A stretch of 64,000 nucleotides of DNA, taken from contig JAGHTP010000008.1 in the NCBI GenBank assembly GCA_018065265.1, forward strand, positions 466 to 64,465, given 5' to 3'. The notes beneath the pieces were generated by a model. The model saw only the letters and a list, made by a program, of their open reading frames with translations, was not told where the DNA came from and ran no database searches. This stretch comes from Candidatus Cryptobacteroides aphodequi. Lineage in GTDB: Bacteria > Bacteroidota > Bacteroidia > Bacteroidales > UBA932. Within the stretch, counting starts at the first letter, position 1. Each line of letters opens with the position of its first letter. The position numbers were made by a program, and so were the translations under genes. Of the stretch, positions 26,581-37,098 are shown piece after piece.

Positions 26581-27837
26581 TTATTCATAACGCGGTTTCT
26601 GGAACCAGATGTCGAACAGGTTCACTCCGAATGAAAATCCAACGAACATCTCTGATATTCCGTCACCTCCTATGGAGCTTCTTCTGCCGAGGTCAAGACC
26701 AAGTGTAAGGCCGTTGTACCAGCGGAATACCGGAAGTGTTGCTCCAAAAGTGATGCCATAAGCTGCGATTCCGTTGCTTTCGACAGTGTAATACTCGTTT
26801 TTGCAGTATGCTCCGGCACGGTAGGATACGCGTTTGCGATAGTAGCGGATATCGTTCCTGTTGGGTGTATATTCCATTCCAAAACGCAGTGCTTCGCTCA
26901 CACAGGAAGCGAATTTGTCGTTCGAATCGATAGCTCCGAGATTGGCGACCGTCCAGTCGGCCCTGGTATAGTCGAGCTGTGCGCGGAACTTCTCCATATA
27001 GTTGAAACTCAATCCTATACCAAGTTCAGGAGCAAATGTTGCTCCTGTTGCTGAATAACCGTTTTTCTCGTCGGCAGACTTGATTATGCCTGAGGTGGCC
27101 CAGGTGGCACCGACACCGAGTTTGACTTTTTTGCCAACTATCTGCTCGTACTGCACACCGAACTTAAGGTTGTTTCCCGAGAGCTGGAGTTCGTCTGTCG
27201 ACTCTATATTTCTGGTAGACTCCGACTCGAAGGCCCTTGAGAAAGTTTTTGTTACGTTTCCGAAATAAAGATTGTACTGAACTCCGAGCGACAACCCTCC
27301 GAACGGGTTGTAACCGAAGGCTCCGTACACCTGATAGAGGCTTCCCTGGCCTGAATAAGAATCGACTATCGTTCCGTGCTCGGCAAGAAGCATAGGATCG
27401 GTAACGTGCGAACTGCTTCTGTAGCCGGTGCTGGCGAAAGGTGTAATGCCAACAACGGCCGCTGTCTTGTTGAAAAGCGGCAGCGAGAAAGCCAAGGAAG
27501 ATATGTTGCAGGTATTGTTTGCTGCGAGTTTCGAGTCTTCATGGAAGATAACGTTCTTCTGGAGCATCGAAAAATCTGTCATCACGGCAAGTGAGTCACG
27601 AGCGGTGACGGCCGCCGGATTGAGCGTGTTGATGAAGCGGTTGTTGCGCGAGGCAATTCCGGTGCCTCCCATCGAGCGGTTATACGCCGAGCCGGGCATC
27701 GACAGGTCGCCCAGGGCATAGATGGAATAGGGCGCATAACCCGAAAATGCACCTCCGTCCTCGGCACGCAGAGCGGCTGAAGGAAGAAGAGCGGCAAGCG
27801 CAAGCGCTATGATAGTCAGTTTACTTCCTGTCGTCAT
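26581..27837 (-). CDS. Outer-membrane beta-barrel protein (FadL/PorV-like)
   Basis: Motifs PYS.YALGD, SMGG.GIA, NPAA and C-terminal WFQKPRYE. Confidence 0.8.
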   Translation of the reverse strand: MTTGSKLTIIALALAALLPSAALRAEDGGAFSGYAPYSIYALGDLSMPGSAYNRSMGGTGIASRNNRFINTLNPAAVTARDSLAVMTDFSMLQKNVIFHEDSKLAANNTCNISSLAFSLPLFNKTAAVVGITPFASTGYRSSSHVTDPMLLAEHGTIVDSYSGQGSLYQVYGAFGYNPFGGLSLGVQYNLYFGNVTKTFSRAFESESTRNIESTDELQLSGNNLKFGVQYEQIVGKKVKLGVGATWATSGIIKSADEKNGYSATGATFAPELGIGLSFNYMEKFRAQLDYTRADWTVANLGAIDSNDKFASCVSEALRFGMEYTPNRNDIRYYRKRVSYRAGAYCKNEYYTVESNGIAAYGITFGATLPVFRWYNGLTLGLDLGRRSSIGGDGISEMFVGFSFGVNLFDIWFQKPRYE

Positions 27838-28543
27838 AATCCTGGGCTATTGAAGACAGTCCCATAGGGACCAGATTGCTGATAACAAATATCGGAGATT
27901 CCATACGCTTTGCGAAATACTCGGCGTCACCTCCTGTGAATACAACTACATTGTCAGGGGTTTCCCTTATGTAGCCTTCTATTTCAAATACTATGCCCGA
28001 CACCACTCCGGCCTCTATCGAAGACTGTATTCCATTGCCCCTGGGAGCCATCTGTTCCGGTGTGTTGACAAGCGGAAGAGAGCGGGAGTAGCGGTTAAGC
28101 GACTTGAACCTTGTACGGCAGCCGGGCGATACGTTTCCGCCGAGATATTCCCCTTCGGCCGAAAGGAAATCAACCGAAATGGTGGTTCCAAGATCGAACA
28201 CTGTACACTGTTTGCCCGCGAACATCCTTCTTACCGCAAGCAGGGCGGCAGCACGGTCGTAAGTCAGATATTCCGGCAATGAATATGCTCTCAGCACGTC
28301 GGTGTGCTTACTGTCAAGCAGAATCAGCTTGGAGCAACAGGACCTCAACTGTTTTTCTTCGTCACTGTTTATGGTACGTACAGACGATACCACAAGCAAC
28401 TCCGGCCTGGTGTCTTCGGAAAGTATTAAGATATATTCAATCATACGCTCTCCCTGGTAGCGGAAAGTCTTGCCGAGGGTCAATCCCTCGGCGTAAGACG
28501 CCTTGAGTGCGGTATTTCCTATTTCTACCAGAAGGTTCGGCAT
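27821..28543 (-). CDS. coaX: Type III pantothenate kinase
   Basis: Motifs EIGNT.LK, DR.AA, DLGT, GGNVSPG and FTGGDA. Confidence 0.9.
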   Translation of the reverse strand: MPNLLVEIGNTALKASYAEGLTLGKTFRYQGERMIEYILILSEDTRPELLVVSSVRTINSDEEKQLRSCCSKLILLDSKHTDVLRAYSLPEYLTYDRAAALLAVRRMFAGKQCTVFDLGTTISVDFLSAEGEYLGGNVSPGCRTRFKSLNRYSRSLPLVNTPEQMAPRGNGIQSSIEAGVVSGIVFEIEGYIRETPDNVVVFTGGDAEYFAKRMESPIFVISNLVPMGLSSIAQDYDDRK

Positions 28544-28564
28544 AAGGGTCGCAAATTTAAGTAT

Positions 28565-31500
28565 TTACTCCAACTTTTTCAATAGCCCGAGGGCTTTGTC
28601 TATACTGTCTACGCCCCTTGTGATTATTTTAAGCCTGCCCTCGGTCTGTTTCAGTTCGAAGGGGGTTGATGGAATCTTCTCGAGCACCTTCCCGAATTGC
28701 TCGCTCTTGAAGAAAGGAGACATCTGGTTTGCGGGGAAGAAGCAGATGAACATTCCATTCTTGACTATCACCTTTTCAAGGCAGAGGCGGCTTCCGAGGT
28801 TGCGGAGCTTCACTACGGCAAACAGGTTCGCCGCCTCTTTGGGCATTTCGCCGAAGCGGTCGGTAAGCTGGCGGCGGTAGGCGTCAATCTCCTTGTCGGA
28901 GCGCATCGAATCAAGCTGCTTGTAGATGCGTATCTTTTCGGCAGTGATGTCGAGATATTCATCCGGGATGAGAGCCTGACGGTCGGTTTCGACCGTGCAG
29001 TCGGTGGTGAAGCGGTGCGCGGTGTGTGATTTCTGCTCGACATCTTCTATTCCTATCTCCTCCATAGCTTCGGCGAGTATCTTCTGATACGTTTCGTAGC
29101 CCATATCGGAGATGAAGCCGCTCTGCTCGGCACCAAGAAGGTTGCCGGCTCCGCGGATGTCGAGGTCCTGCATCGCTATGTTGAAGCCACTGCCGAGGTC
29201 GGAGAATTCCTCTATCGCCTTCAGGCGGCGGCGGGCATCCTCGGTTATTGTGGTGAGCGGAGGTACTATCAGATAGCAGAACGCCTTGCGGTTGCTTCTG
29301 CCCACGCGGCCGCGGAGCTGGTGCAGATCGCTCAGGCCAATGTTCTGTGCTTGGTTGATGATGATTGTGTTGGCATTCGGTATGTCCAGGCCGTTTTCGA
29401 TGATGGTGGTGCAGAGGAGCATATCGTAATCGCCGGCCATGAAGTCGAGCATCTTGTCTTCGAGTTCCTTCGATTCCATACGGCCGTGTGCGACACATAT
29501 CCTCATATCGGGAACGAGCCTCTGCAGGATATCGGCTATGCTCTGCAGTTCCTCGACCCTGTTGTGAAGGAAAAATATCTGCCCGCCACGCTGGAGTTCG
29601 TAGTTGATGATGCTTCGTATTTCCTTTTCGCCAAATAGGATGATTTCGGTCTGGATGGGTATCCTGTTCGCGGGTGGGGTGTTGATGATGCTGAGGTCGC
29701 GCGCTCCGAGAAGCGAGAACTGCAGCGTGCGGGGGATAGGGGTGGCGGTGAGGGTGAGAGTGTCGATTCCCACCTTGAATTGGCGGAGCTTCTCCTTTGC
29801 CGAAACACCGAATTTCTGCTCCTCATCTATGATCAGCAGTCCGAGATCCTTGAATTCGAAGCCGTCGCCCAGGATATTATGTGTGCCTATGAGGATATCT
29901 ATCTTGCCTTCGGCGAGGCGGGATTTTATTACACTTATCTCCTTGGCGGTGCGAAGACGGCTGACATAGTCTATATTGCACGCGAAGTCGCCAAGACGCG
30001 AACTGAATGTCTTGAAGTGCTGCAGGGCCAGGATGGTCGTGGGGACAAGTACCGCCACCTGTTTTCCGTCACCCACAGCCTTGAACGCGGCACGGATGGC
30101 AACTTCGGTTTTTCCGAAGCCTACATCTCCGCACACCAGGCGGTCCATCGGACAGTTGTCCTCCATATCCCTCTTCACAGCCTTTGTAGCCTCTTCCTGA
30201 TCGGGAGTATCTTCGTACATGAACGAACTTTCAAGTTCATCCTGGAGATATGAATCCGGGGAGAAGGCATAGCCTTGGGAAGCTTTGCGCTTGGCGTAGA
30301 GTTGGATGAGTTCCTTGGCTATATCCTTGACACGATTCTTGGCACCGGTCTTGAGGGCCGTCCAGGTCTTTGAGCCGAGTTTGTTGATGCGGGGGACTTC
30401 TCCTTCCGAACTGCGGAAACGTGATATCTTGTGCAAGGAGTGAACAGAGACGAATACCACATCACCGTCCTTGTAGGTAAGTTTAACAACTTCCTTGATG
30501 CGGCCCATATCGTCCTTCAGGCGTACAAGGCCGCCGAATACACCTACTCCGTGGTCGATGTGGACAATGTAATCTCCTACATTGAAGGCGCTTATGTCGT
30601 TAAGGGTCAGCTGCTCGGTCTTTTCTACAGTTCGCCTGATACTTACACGATGGAAGCGATCGAAGATTTCGTGGTCAGTATAGCAGCAGATCCTGTCGTC
30701 GCGGTCTATAAACCCGGAATGAAGGTTCTTCCCTGATACGAATTCCGGCAGCGGGCAATGCTCGTTTTCAAGAATGGTCTTTATCCTTGCAAGCTGGCTA
30801 TCCTTTTCTCCGAAGATATAAACTTTGTAACCGCTTTCTATCATAGTGCGTATGTCTGCGGTTAGAAGTTCAAAGTTCTTGTTGAATACAGGCTGGGGGG
30901 ATATATGGAATTCGACAGGGTTGCAGTTATCCTGCTTTGAAACGGGTACATCGAGATATACGCAGCGATAGTTTCCAACCGGTGTCATATATTCCTTGTC
31001 GGAATACATATCCGATGAATCGAGCCAAAGGAGACTGTCGGCAGGTATTATGGAAAACAGACTCTCGCTTCCCTGATTATCCATTATACCGGAGAGAATT
31101 TCAACTTCAGGAATTTCCGACTTGGAAAGCTGTGTATTACAGTCGAATATCTGGATTTTCTCTATCTCATTACCCCAGAATGATATTCGGTAAGCTTCGT
31201 TATAGGAATATGAAAATACGTCAACCAGCGAACCTCTGATGGCATACTGGCCTGGAGCCGACACGAAATCAACTTTTTCAAAACCAAGTTCTCCAAGTTT
31301 CTGTGTGAGTGTGGAAAAGGATATTTCCTGACCTGTTTTCAGTTTGTGGGTGGAGGAACTTATCTGGCTTTTGGTAGGCAGGAGTTCTTCTATTGCTTCA
31401 GGATAGGTGACAATGAACAGGGACTCTCCCGGACGGCAGTCCATAATCTTTTCGATTGCGGCTGTTCTCTGTACCGAAAGAGTTGATTTGTAATTGCTCT

Positions 31501-31747
31501 TCTCAACACCGAATGCCGTGGCGGGAAGGAAGAATACCACATCTCCGTCAACCAGGTTGTACAGGTCGGCGCAGCAGTATTCAGCACTTTCCTTGTTAGG
31601 AAGAATAATAAGGTTAAGTCCCGCGTGGCGGCATTCACTGAGAACCATCCAGCGGGCGGACAAAAACAATCCACGGCAGAATGTTTTCCTTGCGGATTTT
31701 ATTCTGTCGGACAGAACTGATGTCTGCTCAGTAGAAATGAACATCAT
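28565..31747 (-). CDS. mfd: Transcription-repair coupling factor
   Basis: Motifs VH.DHGVG, CGDVGFGKTEVA, DEEQKFGV, TATPIPRT, HQLRGRVGRS and DLDIRGAGNLLG. Start placed at MMFIST because the upstream extension runs into the oriC-like region. Confidence 0.97.
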   Translation of the reverse strand: MMFISTEQTSVLSDRIKSARKTFCRGLFLSARWMVLSECRHAGLNLIILPNKESAEYCCADLYNLVDGDVVFFLPATAFGVEKSNYKSTLSVQRTAAIEKIMDCRPGESLFIVTYPEAIEELLPTKSQISSSTHKLKTGQEISFSTLTQKLGELGFEKVDFVSAPGQYAIRGSLVDVFSYSYNEAYRISFWGNEIEKIQIFDCNTQLSKSEIPEVEILSGIMDNQGSESLFSIIPADSLLWLDSSDMYSDKEYMTPVGNYRCVYLDVPVSKQDNCNPVEFHISPQPVFNKNFELLTADIRTMIESGYKVYIFGEKDSQLARIKTILENEHCPLPEFVSGKNLHSGFIDRDDRICCYTDHEIFDRFHRVSIRRTVEKTEQLTLNDISAFNVGDYIVHIDHGVGVFGGLVRLKDDMGRIKEVVKLTYKDGDVVFVSVHSLHKISRFRSSEGEVPRINKLGSKTWTALKTGAKNRVKDIAKELIQLYAKRKASQGYAFSPDSYLQDELESSFMYEDTPDQEEATKAVKRDMEDNCPMDRLVCGDVGFGKTEVAIRAAFKAVGDGKQVAVLVPTTILALQHFKTFSSRLGDFACNIDYVSRLRTAKEISVIKSRLAEGKIDILIGTHNILGDGFEFKDLGLLIIDEEQKFGVSAKEKLRQFKVGIDTLTLTATPIPRTLQFSLLGARDLSIINTPPANRIPIQTEIILFGEKEIRSIINYELQRGGQIFFLHNRVEELQSIADILQRLVPDMRICVAHGRMESKELEDKMLDFMAGDYDMLLCTTIIENGLDIPNANTIIINQAQNIGLSDLHQLRGRVGRSNRKAFCYLIVPPLTTITEDARRRLKAIEEFSDLGSGFNIAMQDLDIRGAGNLLGAEQSGFISDMGYETYQKILAEAMEEIGIEDVEQKSHTAHRFTTDCTVETDRQALIPDEYLDITAEKIRIYKQLDSMRSDKEIDAYRRQLTDRFGEMPKEAANLFAVVKLRNLGSRLCLEKVIVKNGMFICFFPANQMSPFFKSEQFGKVLEKIPSTPFELKQTEGRLKIITRGVDSIDKALGLLKKLE

Positions 31748-31749
31748 AT

Positions 31750-31975
31750 ATGTTTTCTGTGTTGAGAACAGGTTGAAAAGCGGTGGAAAACTCCTCTTGA
31801 AAATGTGGATAAAACCGACTCGCGGGTTTTCCACAATTCAGAACCCATTCCCTGCACAATGAAATCAACAGTCAATATCCTTTGTATTTATTTGATTTTC
31901 AATGAATTTTTACAGTTATTAACATTTACACAGCTGTAACATCATCATCAAAAAAATAAATAAAAGAATTATATT
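31750..31975. other. Probable chromosomal replication origin (oriC)
   Basis: Perfect DnaA box TGTGGATAA (31804-31812) and TTTTCCACA (31827-31835). Degenerate boxes at 31760, 31771 and 31782 (11-bp spacing). TTATTAACA+TTTACACAG (31916-31933) is followed by CATCATCATC and an A/T tract. Flanking genes are divergent. Confidence 0.8.
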
Positions 31976-32001
31976 TGTATTTGGATTGGATAGAAAGCGT
32001 G

Positions 32002-33024
32002 ATGTCAGATTTCGACCCTCACAATACAAACGATTGCAAAGATAAAGATTTGGACGGAATTATCCGCCCCCAAGGCCTTGAAGAATTCACCGGCCAGGGG
32101 GAGATAGTATCCAATCTGCATATCTACATCGAGGCTGCGAAACTCAGGGGCGAGTCCCTTGACCACACGCTTTTCCACGGTCCTCCGGGTCTGGGAAAAA
32201 CCACTCTGGCACATATCATTGCAAACGAGATGGGAGTGAATCTCAAGATTACTTCCGGTCCTGTTCTGGACAAGCCGGGCGATCTTGCGGGGCTTCTCAC
32301 CTCGCTCGAACCCGGAGATGTGCTCTTCATTGATGAAATCCACCGTCTTTCTCCCGAAGTCGAAGAATATCTTTATTCGGCTATGGAAGATTATGTCATA
32401 GATATTATGATAGACAAGGGGCCTGGTGCGCGTTCTGTGAGAATCAATCTCAACCCATTCACTCTTGTCGGTGCCACTACCCGAAGTGGTCTTCTCACCG
32501 CTCCTCTCAGGGCAAGGTTTGGAATAACCTGTGCATTGGAATATTATGATACTGAGGACCTTGAGAAGATTATCACGCGAAGTGCCGGAATACTTGGAGT
32601 TGATATAGAGGGGCAGGCCTCCAAGGAGATTGCAATGCGTTCACGCGGTACTCCACGAATAGCAAATGCCCTTCTGAGGAGGGTGCGCGATTTCGCACAA
32701 GTTATGGGAGATGGACATATTGACCTGAAAATTGCTAAATTCGCGCTCGATAAACTCAAGATCGATACGAGAGGTCTCGATTCAATAGACAACAGGATCC
32801 TCCGCACTATCATCACCACATTCAACGGTGGTCCTGTGGGTGCGAACACCATAGCTACTGCAATCGGTGAAGATCAGGGTACGTTCGAGGAAGTTTATGA
32901 GCCTTTCCTTATAAAGGAAGGTTTCATAGTACGCACTCAGCGTGGCCGTGTCGCTACGGATCTTTCGTACAGGCATCTTGGTTTTGAACCGGGAAAGAGA
33001 ATTGAAGAACCCAACCTGTTTTAG
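32002..33024 (+). CDS. ruvB: Holliday junction branch migration helicase RuvB
   Basis: Motifs [34 protein letters not shown] and YEPFL. Confidence 0.98.
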   Translation: MSDFDPHNTNDCKDKDLDGIIRPQGLEEFTGQGEIVSNLHIYIEAAKLRGESLDHTLFHGPPGLGKTTLAHIIANEMGVNLKITSGPVLDKPGDLAGLLTSLEPGDVLFIDEIHRLSPEVEEYLYSAMEDYVIDIMIDKGPGARSVRINLNPFTLVGATTRSGLLTAPLRARFGITCALEYYDTEDLEKIITRSAGILGVDIEGQASKEIAMRSRGTPRIANALLRRVRDFAQVMGDGHIDLKIAKFALDKLKIDTRGLDSIDNRILRTIITTFNGGPVGANTIATAIGEDQGTFEEVYEPFLIKEGFIVRTQRGRVATDLSYRHLGFEPGKRIEEPNLF

Positions 33025-33050
33025 AAAATACAATACAAATTTCAATAGTA

Positions 33051-34997
33051 ATGGCAGATAAATTCACATCTAAAATTCCTGACGGACCTTTGGCCGAAAA
33101 ATGGACCAAACGCAAGTCGGAAATCCATCTTGTCAGCCCCAACAACAAACGCAAACTTGAGATTATCGTTGTAGGTACAGGCCTCGGCGGAGCTTCCGCT
33201 GCCGCCTCGCTCGGTGAACTCGGTTACAATGTCAAGGTGTTCTGTATCAGCGATACTCCCCGCCGTGCGCACTCAATCGCCGCACAGGGTGGTATCAATG
33301 CAGCAAAGAACTACCAGAACGACAATGACTCGATCTACCGCCTCTTCTACGATACAATCAAGGGTGGTGACTATCGTGCACGCGAAGCAAACGTTTACCG
33401 TCTTGCTGAGGTGAGTGCATCGATCATCGACCAGTGCGTTGCACAGGGTGTTCCTTTCGCACGTGAATATGGCGGATATCTTGCTAACCGTTCATTCGGT
33501 GGTGTGCAGGTAAGTCGTACATTCTATGCAAGGGGTCAAACCGGACAGCAGCTTCTTCTCGGTGCTTATGCAGCCCTCAACAAAGAGATTGCAGCCGGCA
33601 GTGTAACAGCATATCCCCGTCACGAGATGCTTGATCTCGTAGTTGTCAACGGTGAGGCAAAAGGTATCATAGCCAGAAACCTCGTTACCGGTGAACTCGA
33701 GAGGTTCGGAGCACACGCAGTCATCATCGCTACCGGTGGTTACGGAAACACATATTTCCTCTCTACCAACGCAATGAACTCTAACGGTTCCGCCGCTATC
33801 CAGTGCTTCAAGAAGGGTGCATACTTTGCAAATCCCTGCTTCGCACAGATCCATCCTACCTGTATTCCCGTACACGGTGATCAGCAGTGCAAACTTACCC
33901 TTATGAGTGAGTCTCTGCGTAACGATGGTCGTATCTGGGTTCCCAAGAAACTCGAGGATGTCGAGAAACTACGCAAACATCAGATTAAAGCTTCACAGAT
34001 TGCTGAAGAAGACCGAGACTACTATCTCGAGCGCCGTTATCCTGCATTCGGTAATCTCGTTCCCCGCGACGTGGCTTCACGCGCTGCAAAGGAGCGTTGC
34101 GATGCAGGCTTCGGTGTGAATGAAACCGGAAAGGCCGTATTCCTCGATTTCTCAGAGGCTATAAACAGGCTCGGTCACAAGAGGGTTGCAGAGCGTTACG
34201 GTAACCTCTTCGATATGTACGAGAAGATCACAGCTTCTTCACCTTGGGAGGAGCCTATGATGATATATCCCGCCATCCACTACACTATGGGCGGTATCTG
34301 GGTTGACTACGATCTCCAGACAACCATCCCCGGTCTGTATGCTATAGGTGAGGCTAACTTCTCCGATCATGGTGGAAACCGTCTTGGCGCATCCGCACTT
34401 ATGCAGGGTCTTGCCGACGGTTACTTCATCATTCCTATCACTATCGGTGACTATCTTTCAAAGAAATTCGCTGAGCCTAAGACCAATACCGAAATCAAGG
34501 AATTCGCTGAGGCTGAGAAGGCTGTTCAGGCTCGTATCGACAGGCTCTTTGCCATCAATGGTACAGAGACTGTGGATTCTCTCCACAAGGAACTCGGTCA
34601 CATTATGTGGGAGTATGTAGGTATGGCACGCGACAAGGAAGGTCTCCAGAAGGCACTCGTTCTCATCGACGAACTCAAGGAGAAATTCTACAAGTCAGTG
34701 AAGGTTCCCGGCTCACAGTACGAATTCAACCAGGAACTTGAGAAGGCTCTCCGCCTTGAGGATTTCTTTGAAATCGGCAAACTTATGGCTCGTGACGCCC
34801 TTGAGAGGAATGAATCCTGCGGTGGTCACTTCCGTATTGAAAGCCAGACCGAAGAGGGTGAGGCAAAGCGTGACGACAAGAATTATATGTACGTTGCAGC
34901 CTGGGAGTACAAGGGTGACAATGAGGAGCCCGAACTTCACAAGGAACCTCTCAAGTATGAATTCATTGAGGTTAAGACCAGAAATTATAAAGACTAA
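33051..34997 (+). CDS. sdhA: Succinate dehydrogenase/fumarate reductase flavoprotein subunit
   Basis: Motifs [33 protein letters not shown] and NRLGASAL. Confidence 0.97.
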   Translation: MADKFTSKIPDGPLAEKWTKRKSEIHLVSPNNKRKLEIIVVGTGLGGASAAASLGELGYNVKVFCISDTPRRAHSIAAQGGINAAKNYQNDNDSIYRLFYDTIKGGDYRAREANVYRLAEVSASIIDQCVAQGVPFAREYGGYLANRSFGGVQVSRTFYARGQTGQQLLLGAYAALNKEIAAGSVTAYPRHEMLDLVVVNGEAKGIIARNLVTGELERFGAHAVIIATGGYGNTYFLSTNAMNSNGSAAIQCFKKGAYFANPCFAQIHPTCIPVHGDQQCKLTLMSESLRNDGRIWVPKKLEDVEKLRKHQIKASQIAEEDRDYYLERRYPAFGNLVPRDVASRAAKERCDAGFGVNETGKAVFLDFSEAINRLGHKRVAERYGNLFDMYEKITASSPWEEPMMIYPAIHYTMGGIWVDYDLQTTIPGLYAIGEANFSDHGGNRLGASALMQGLADGYFIIPITIGDYLSKKFAEPKTNTEIKEFAEAEKAVQARIDRLFAINGTETVDSLHKELGHIMWEYVGMARDKEGLQKALVLIDELKEKFYKSVKVPGSQYEFNQELEKALRLEDFFEIGKLMARDALERNESCGGHFRIESQTEEGEAKRDDKNYMYVAAWEYKGDNEEPELHKEPLKYEFIEVKTRNYKD

Positions 34998-35002
34998 TCA
35001 GA

Positions 35003-35782
35003 ATGGAATTCAATCTTAAAATATGGCGTCAGAAGAACGCCAAGGCAAAAGGACATTTCGAGACATATCATATTTCTGGTATAGAAGAGGATGCTTCTTT
35101 CCTCGAAATGCTTGATATTCTCAATGAGCAGCTCATCCGCGAGGGATGTGACCCTGTGGCTGTTGACCGTGGTTGCCAGAGCAGCGGTCCCGTTTCTTTC
35201 GACCACGACTGCCGTGAAGGTATCTGCGGTGCTTGCTCGCTGTTTATCGACGGCCGTGCACACGGTCCCGATGATCACGTAACAACCTGTCAGTTGTTTA
35301 TGAGGCATTTCAAGGATGGTGCTACCATCACAGTGGAGCCTTTCAGGAGCGCAGCCTTCCCTGTAATCAAGGACCTTGTTGTTGACCGCAGGGCTTTCGA
35401 CAAGATTCTTCAGGCCGGTGGATTCATTTCCGTACGCACCGGTTCAGCACAGGATGCAAACAATATCCTTATCCCTCACGACAAGGCAGAGGAGAGTATG
35501 GATGCAGCAGCTTGTGTAGGTTGTGGTGCTTGCGTAGCCACCTGTAAGAATGGTTCAGCTATGCTCTTTGTTGCAGCACGTGTCAGCTCGCTCGCACTTC
35601 TTCCTCAGGGTCGTCCCGAGGCCAAGCGTCGTGCCCGCGCTATGGTTGCAAAGATGGATGAACTCGGATTCGGTAACTGTACGAACACCCGCGCCTGCGA
35701 GATGGAGTGTCCTAAGGGAATCTCCGTATCGCATATCGCAAGGCTCAACCGCGAGTTCCTCAGCGCTAAGTTCAGCGAATAA
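35003..35782 (+). CDS. sdhB: Succinate dehydrogenase/fumarate reductase Fe-S subunit
   Basis: Motifs [24 protein letters not shown] and [14 protein letters not shown]. Confidence 0.97.
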   Translation: MEFNLKIWRQKNAKAKGHFETYHISGIEEDASFLEMLDILNEQLIREGCDPVAVDRGCQSSGPVSFDHDCREGICGACSLFIDGRAHGPDDHVTTCQLFMRHFKDGATITVEPFRSAAFPVIKDLVVDRRAFDKILQAGGFISVRTGSAQDANNILIPHDKAEESMDAAACVGCGACVATCKNGSAMLFVAARVSSLALLPQGRPEAKRRARAMVAKMDELGFGNCTNTRACEMECPKGISVSHIARLNREFLSAKFSE

Positions 35783-35801
35783 TATTCACTTTATAATAAG
35801 T

Positions 35802-35832
35802 AATAAGCCGGCCTTTACAGGTCGGCTTATTT
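35802..35832. terminator. Bidirectional terminator between convergent sdhB and hflX
   Basis: AATAAGCCGGCCT-ttac-AGGTCGGCTTATTT. Confidence 0.75.
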
Positions 35833-35850
35833 CATATATAAGGGTAATAA

Positions 35851-37044
35851 TTACCAGAGGAAGTTGTTGAAAGGATAGCGGCCGGCGTGGATTTCAGCGA
35901 CCATCTTATAGAGGTCGTTACGCAGTTTTGCTATATTGGTCTTCTGCGCGGCTGAAATGAATATGCAGGGCGATTTTTCACTGGCAATCCAGCTGTTCTT
36001 GAGTTCGTCAAGGGTTCTGTTTTCCTTTGATTTGGGCTCCAGTGAGAATTCATCATAAGGTTCGTATGTGTAGGCATCTACCTTATTGAATATCACATAC
36101 ACGGGTTTTCCTGCCGCCCCTATGTCGGAAAGCGTCTTTTCAACCACTTTCATCTGCTCTTCGAAGTCCGGGGCCGAGATGTCAACAACGTGAACAAGGA
36201 TATCGGCTTCACGCACCTCGTCAAGTGTGCTTTTAAAGGCTTCTATAAGCTGCGTAGGGAGTTTACGGATAAAACCTACGGTGTCACTCAGAAGGAACGG
36301 GCAGTTGTCTATCACAACCTTTCTTACGGTAGTGTCAAGGGTTGCGAAGAGTTTGTTTTCAGCAAAAACATCCGACTTTGAAAGAAGGTTCATAATGGTG
36401 GATTTACCTACATTGGTATACCCAACCAGGGCAAGACGTACCAGTGAACCTCTGTTAGAGCGCTGGGTCGCCATCTGCTTATCCACTTTCTTTAGGTCTT
36501 CCTTCAGTTTGCTGATACGTTCCTTGACGATACGGCGGTCTATCTCTATCTGGGTTTCACCCATACCACCACGGGTTCCCATACCACCACGCTGCCTTTC
36601 AAGGTGCGTCCACATACCTGCAAGACGAGGGAGCATATAGTTGTAGCGGGCAAGTTCCACCTGCATCTTGGCGTAGGAAGTCTTTGCCCTCTGGGCGAAG
36701 ATTTCGAGAATCAGTGATGTACGGTCGATGATTGAACTGCACTTGACTATCTTCTCGATATTACGCTGCTGCATACCGGTAAGTTCGTCATCGAAGATTA
36801 CATAATTGATTGCGTTGTCTTCGCAATAGGTGGCTATCTCTTCGAGTTTTCCGCTGCGTATATAGGTTGCGTTATCGGGACGGTCAACCCTCTGCACGAA
36901 CTTCCTGTCCCCGATTACTCCTGCTGTTTCGGCGAGGAATTCGAGTTCATCAAGGTATTCGTTTACCTTGCGTTCGTCGTCGGAAGGGCGGATTATTCCA
37001 ACGAATACAGCCCTTTCCTCTATCGGTTTGTTCAATTCTATCAT
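35851..37044 (-). CDS. hflX: GTPase HflX
   Basis: Motifs ILEIFAQRA, GETQIEIDRR, VGYTNVGKST, LFATLD and SDTVGFI. Start could also be 37062. Confidence 0.97.
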   Translation of the reverse strand: MIELNKPIEERAVFVGIIRPSDDERKVNEYLDELEFLAETAGVIGDRKFVQRVDRPDNATYIRSGKLEEIATYCEDNAINYVIFDDELTGMQQRNIEKIVKCSSIIDRTSLILEIFAQRAKTSYAKMQVELARYNYMLPRLAGMWTHLERQRGGMGTRGGMGETQIEIDRRIVKERISKLKEDLKKVDKQMATQRSNRGSLVRLALVGYTNVGKSTIMNLLSKSDVFAENKLFATLDTTVRKVVIDNCPFLLSDTVGFIRKLPTQLIEAFKSTLDEVREADILVHVVDISAPDFEEQMKVVEKTLSDIGAAGKPVYVIFNKVDAYTYEPYDEFSLEPKSKENRTLDELKNSWIASEKSPCIFISAAQKTNIAKLRNDLYKMVAEIHAGRYPFNNFLW

Positions 37045-37051
37045 ATACCGG

Positions 37052-37083
37052 AAAAAGGCCATCCCAAAGGACAGCCTTTTTTT
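37052..37083. terminator. Hairpin/terminator downstream of tonB
   Basis: AAAAAGGC-ca-TCC-caaa-GGA-ca-GCCTTTTT. Confidence 0.55.
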
Positions 37084-37098
37084 ATATTTGAGATTCTC

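Noticed and set aside
28520-28530. CoaX EIGNT instead of DIGNT
   Set aside because: This is a conservative acidic substitution with the other motifs intact, which is not enough to call the enzyme inactive.
31748-31834. 29-aa N-terminal extension of Mfd in the ORF track
   Set aside because: It overlaps the DnaA-box cluster and begins at a GTG within a box. The ATG at 31747 or 31744 is more plausible.
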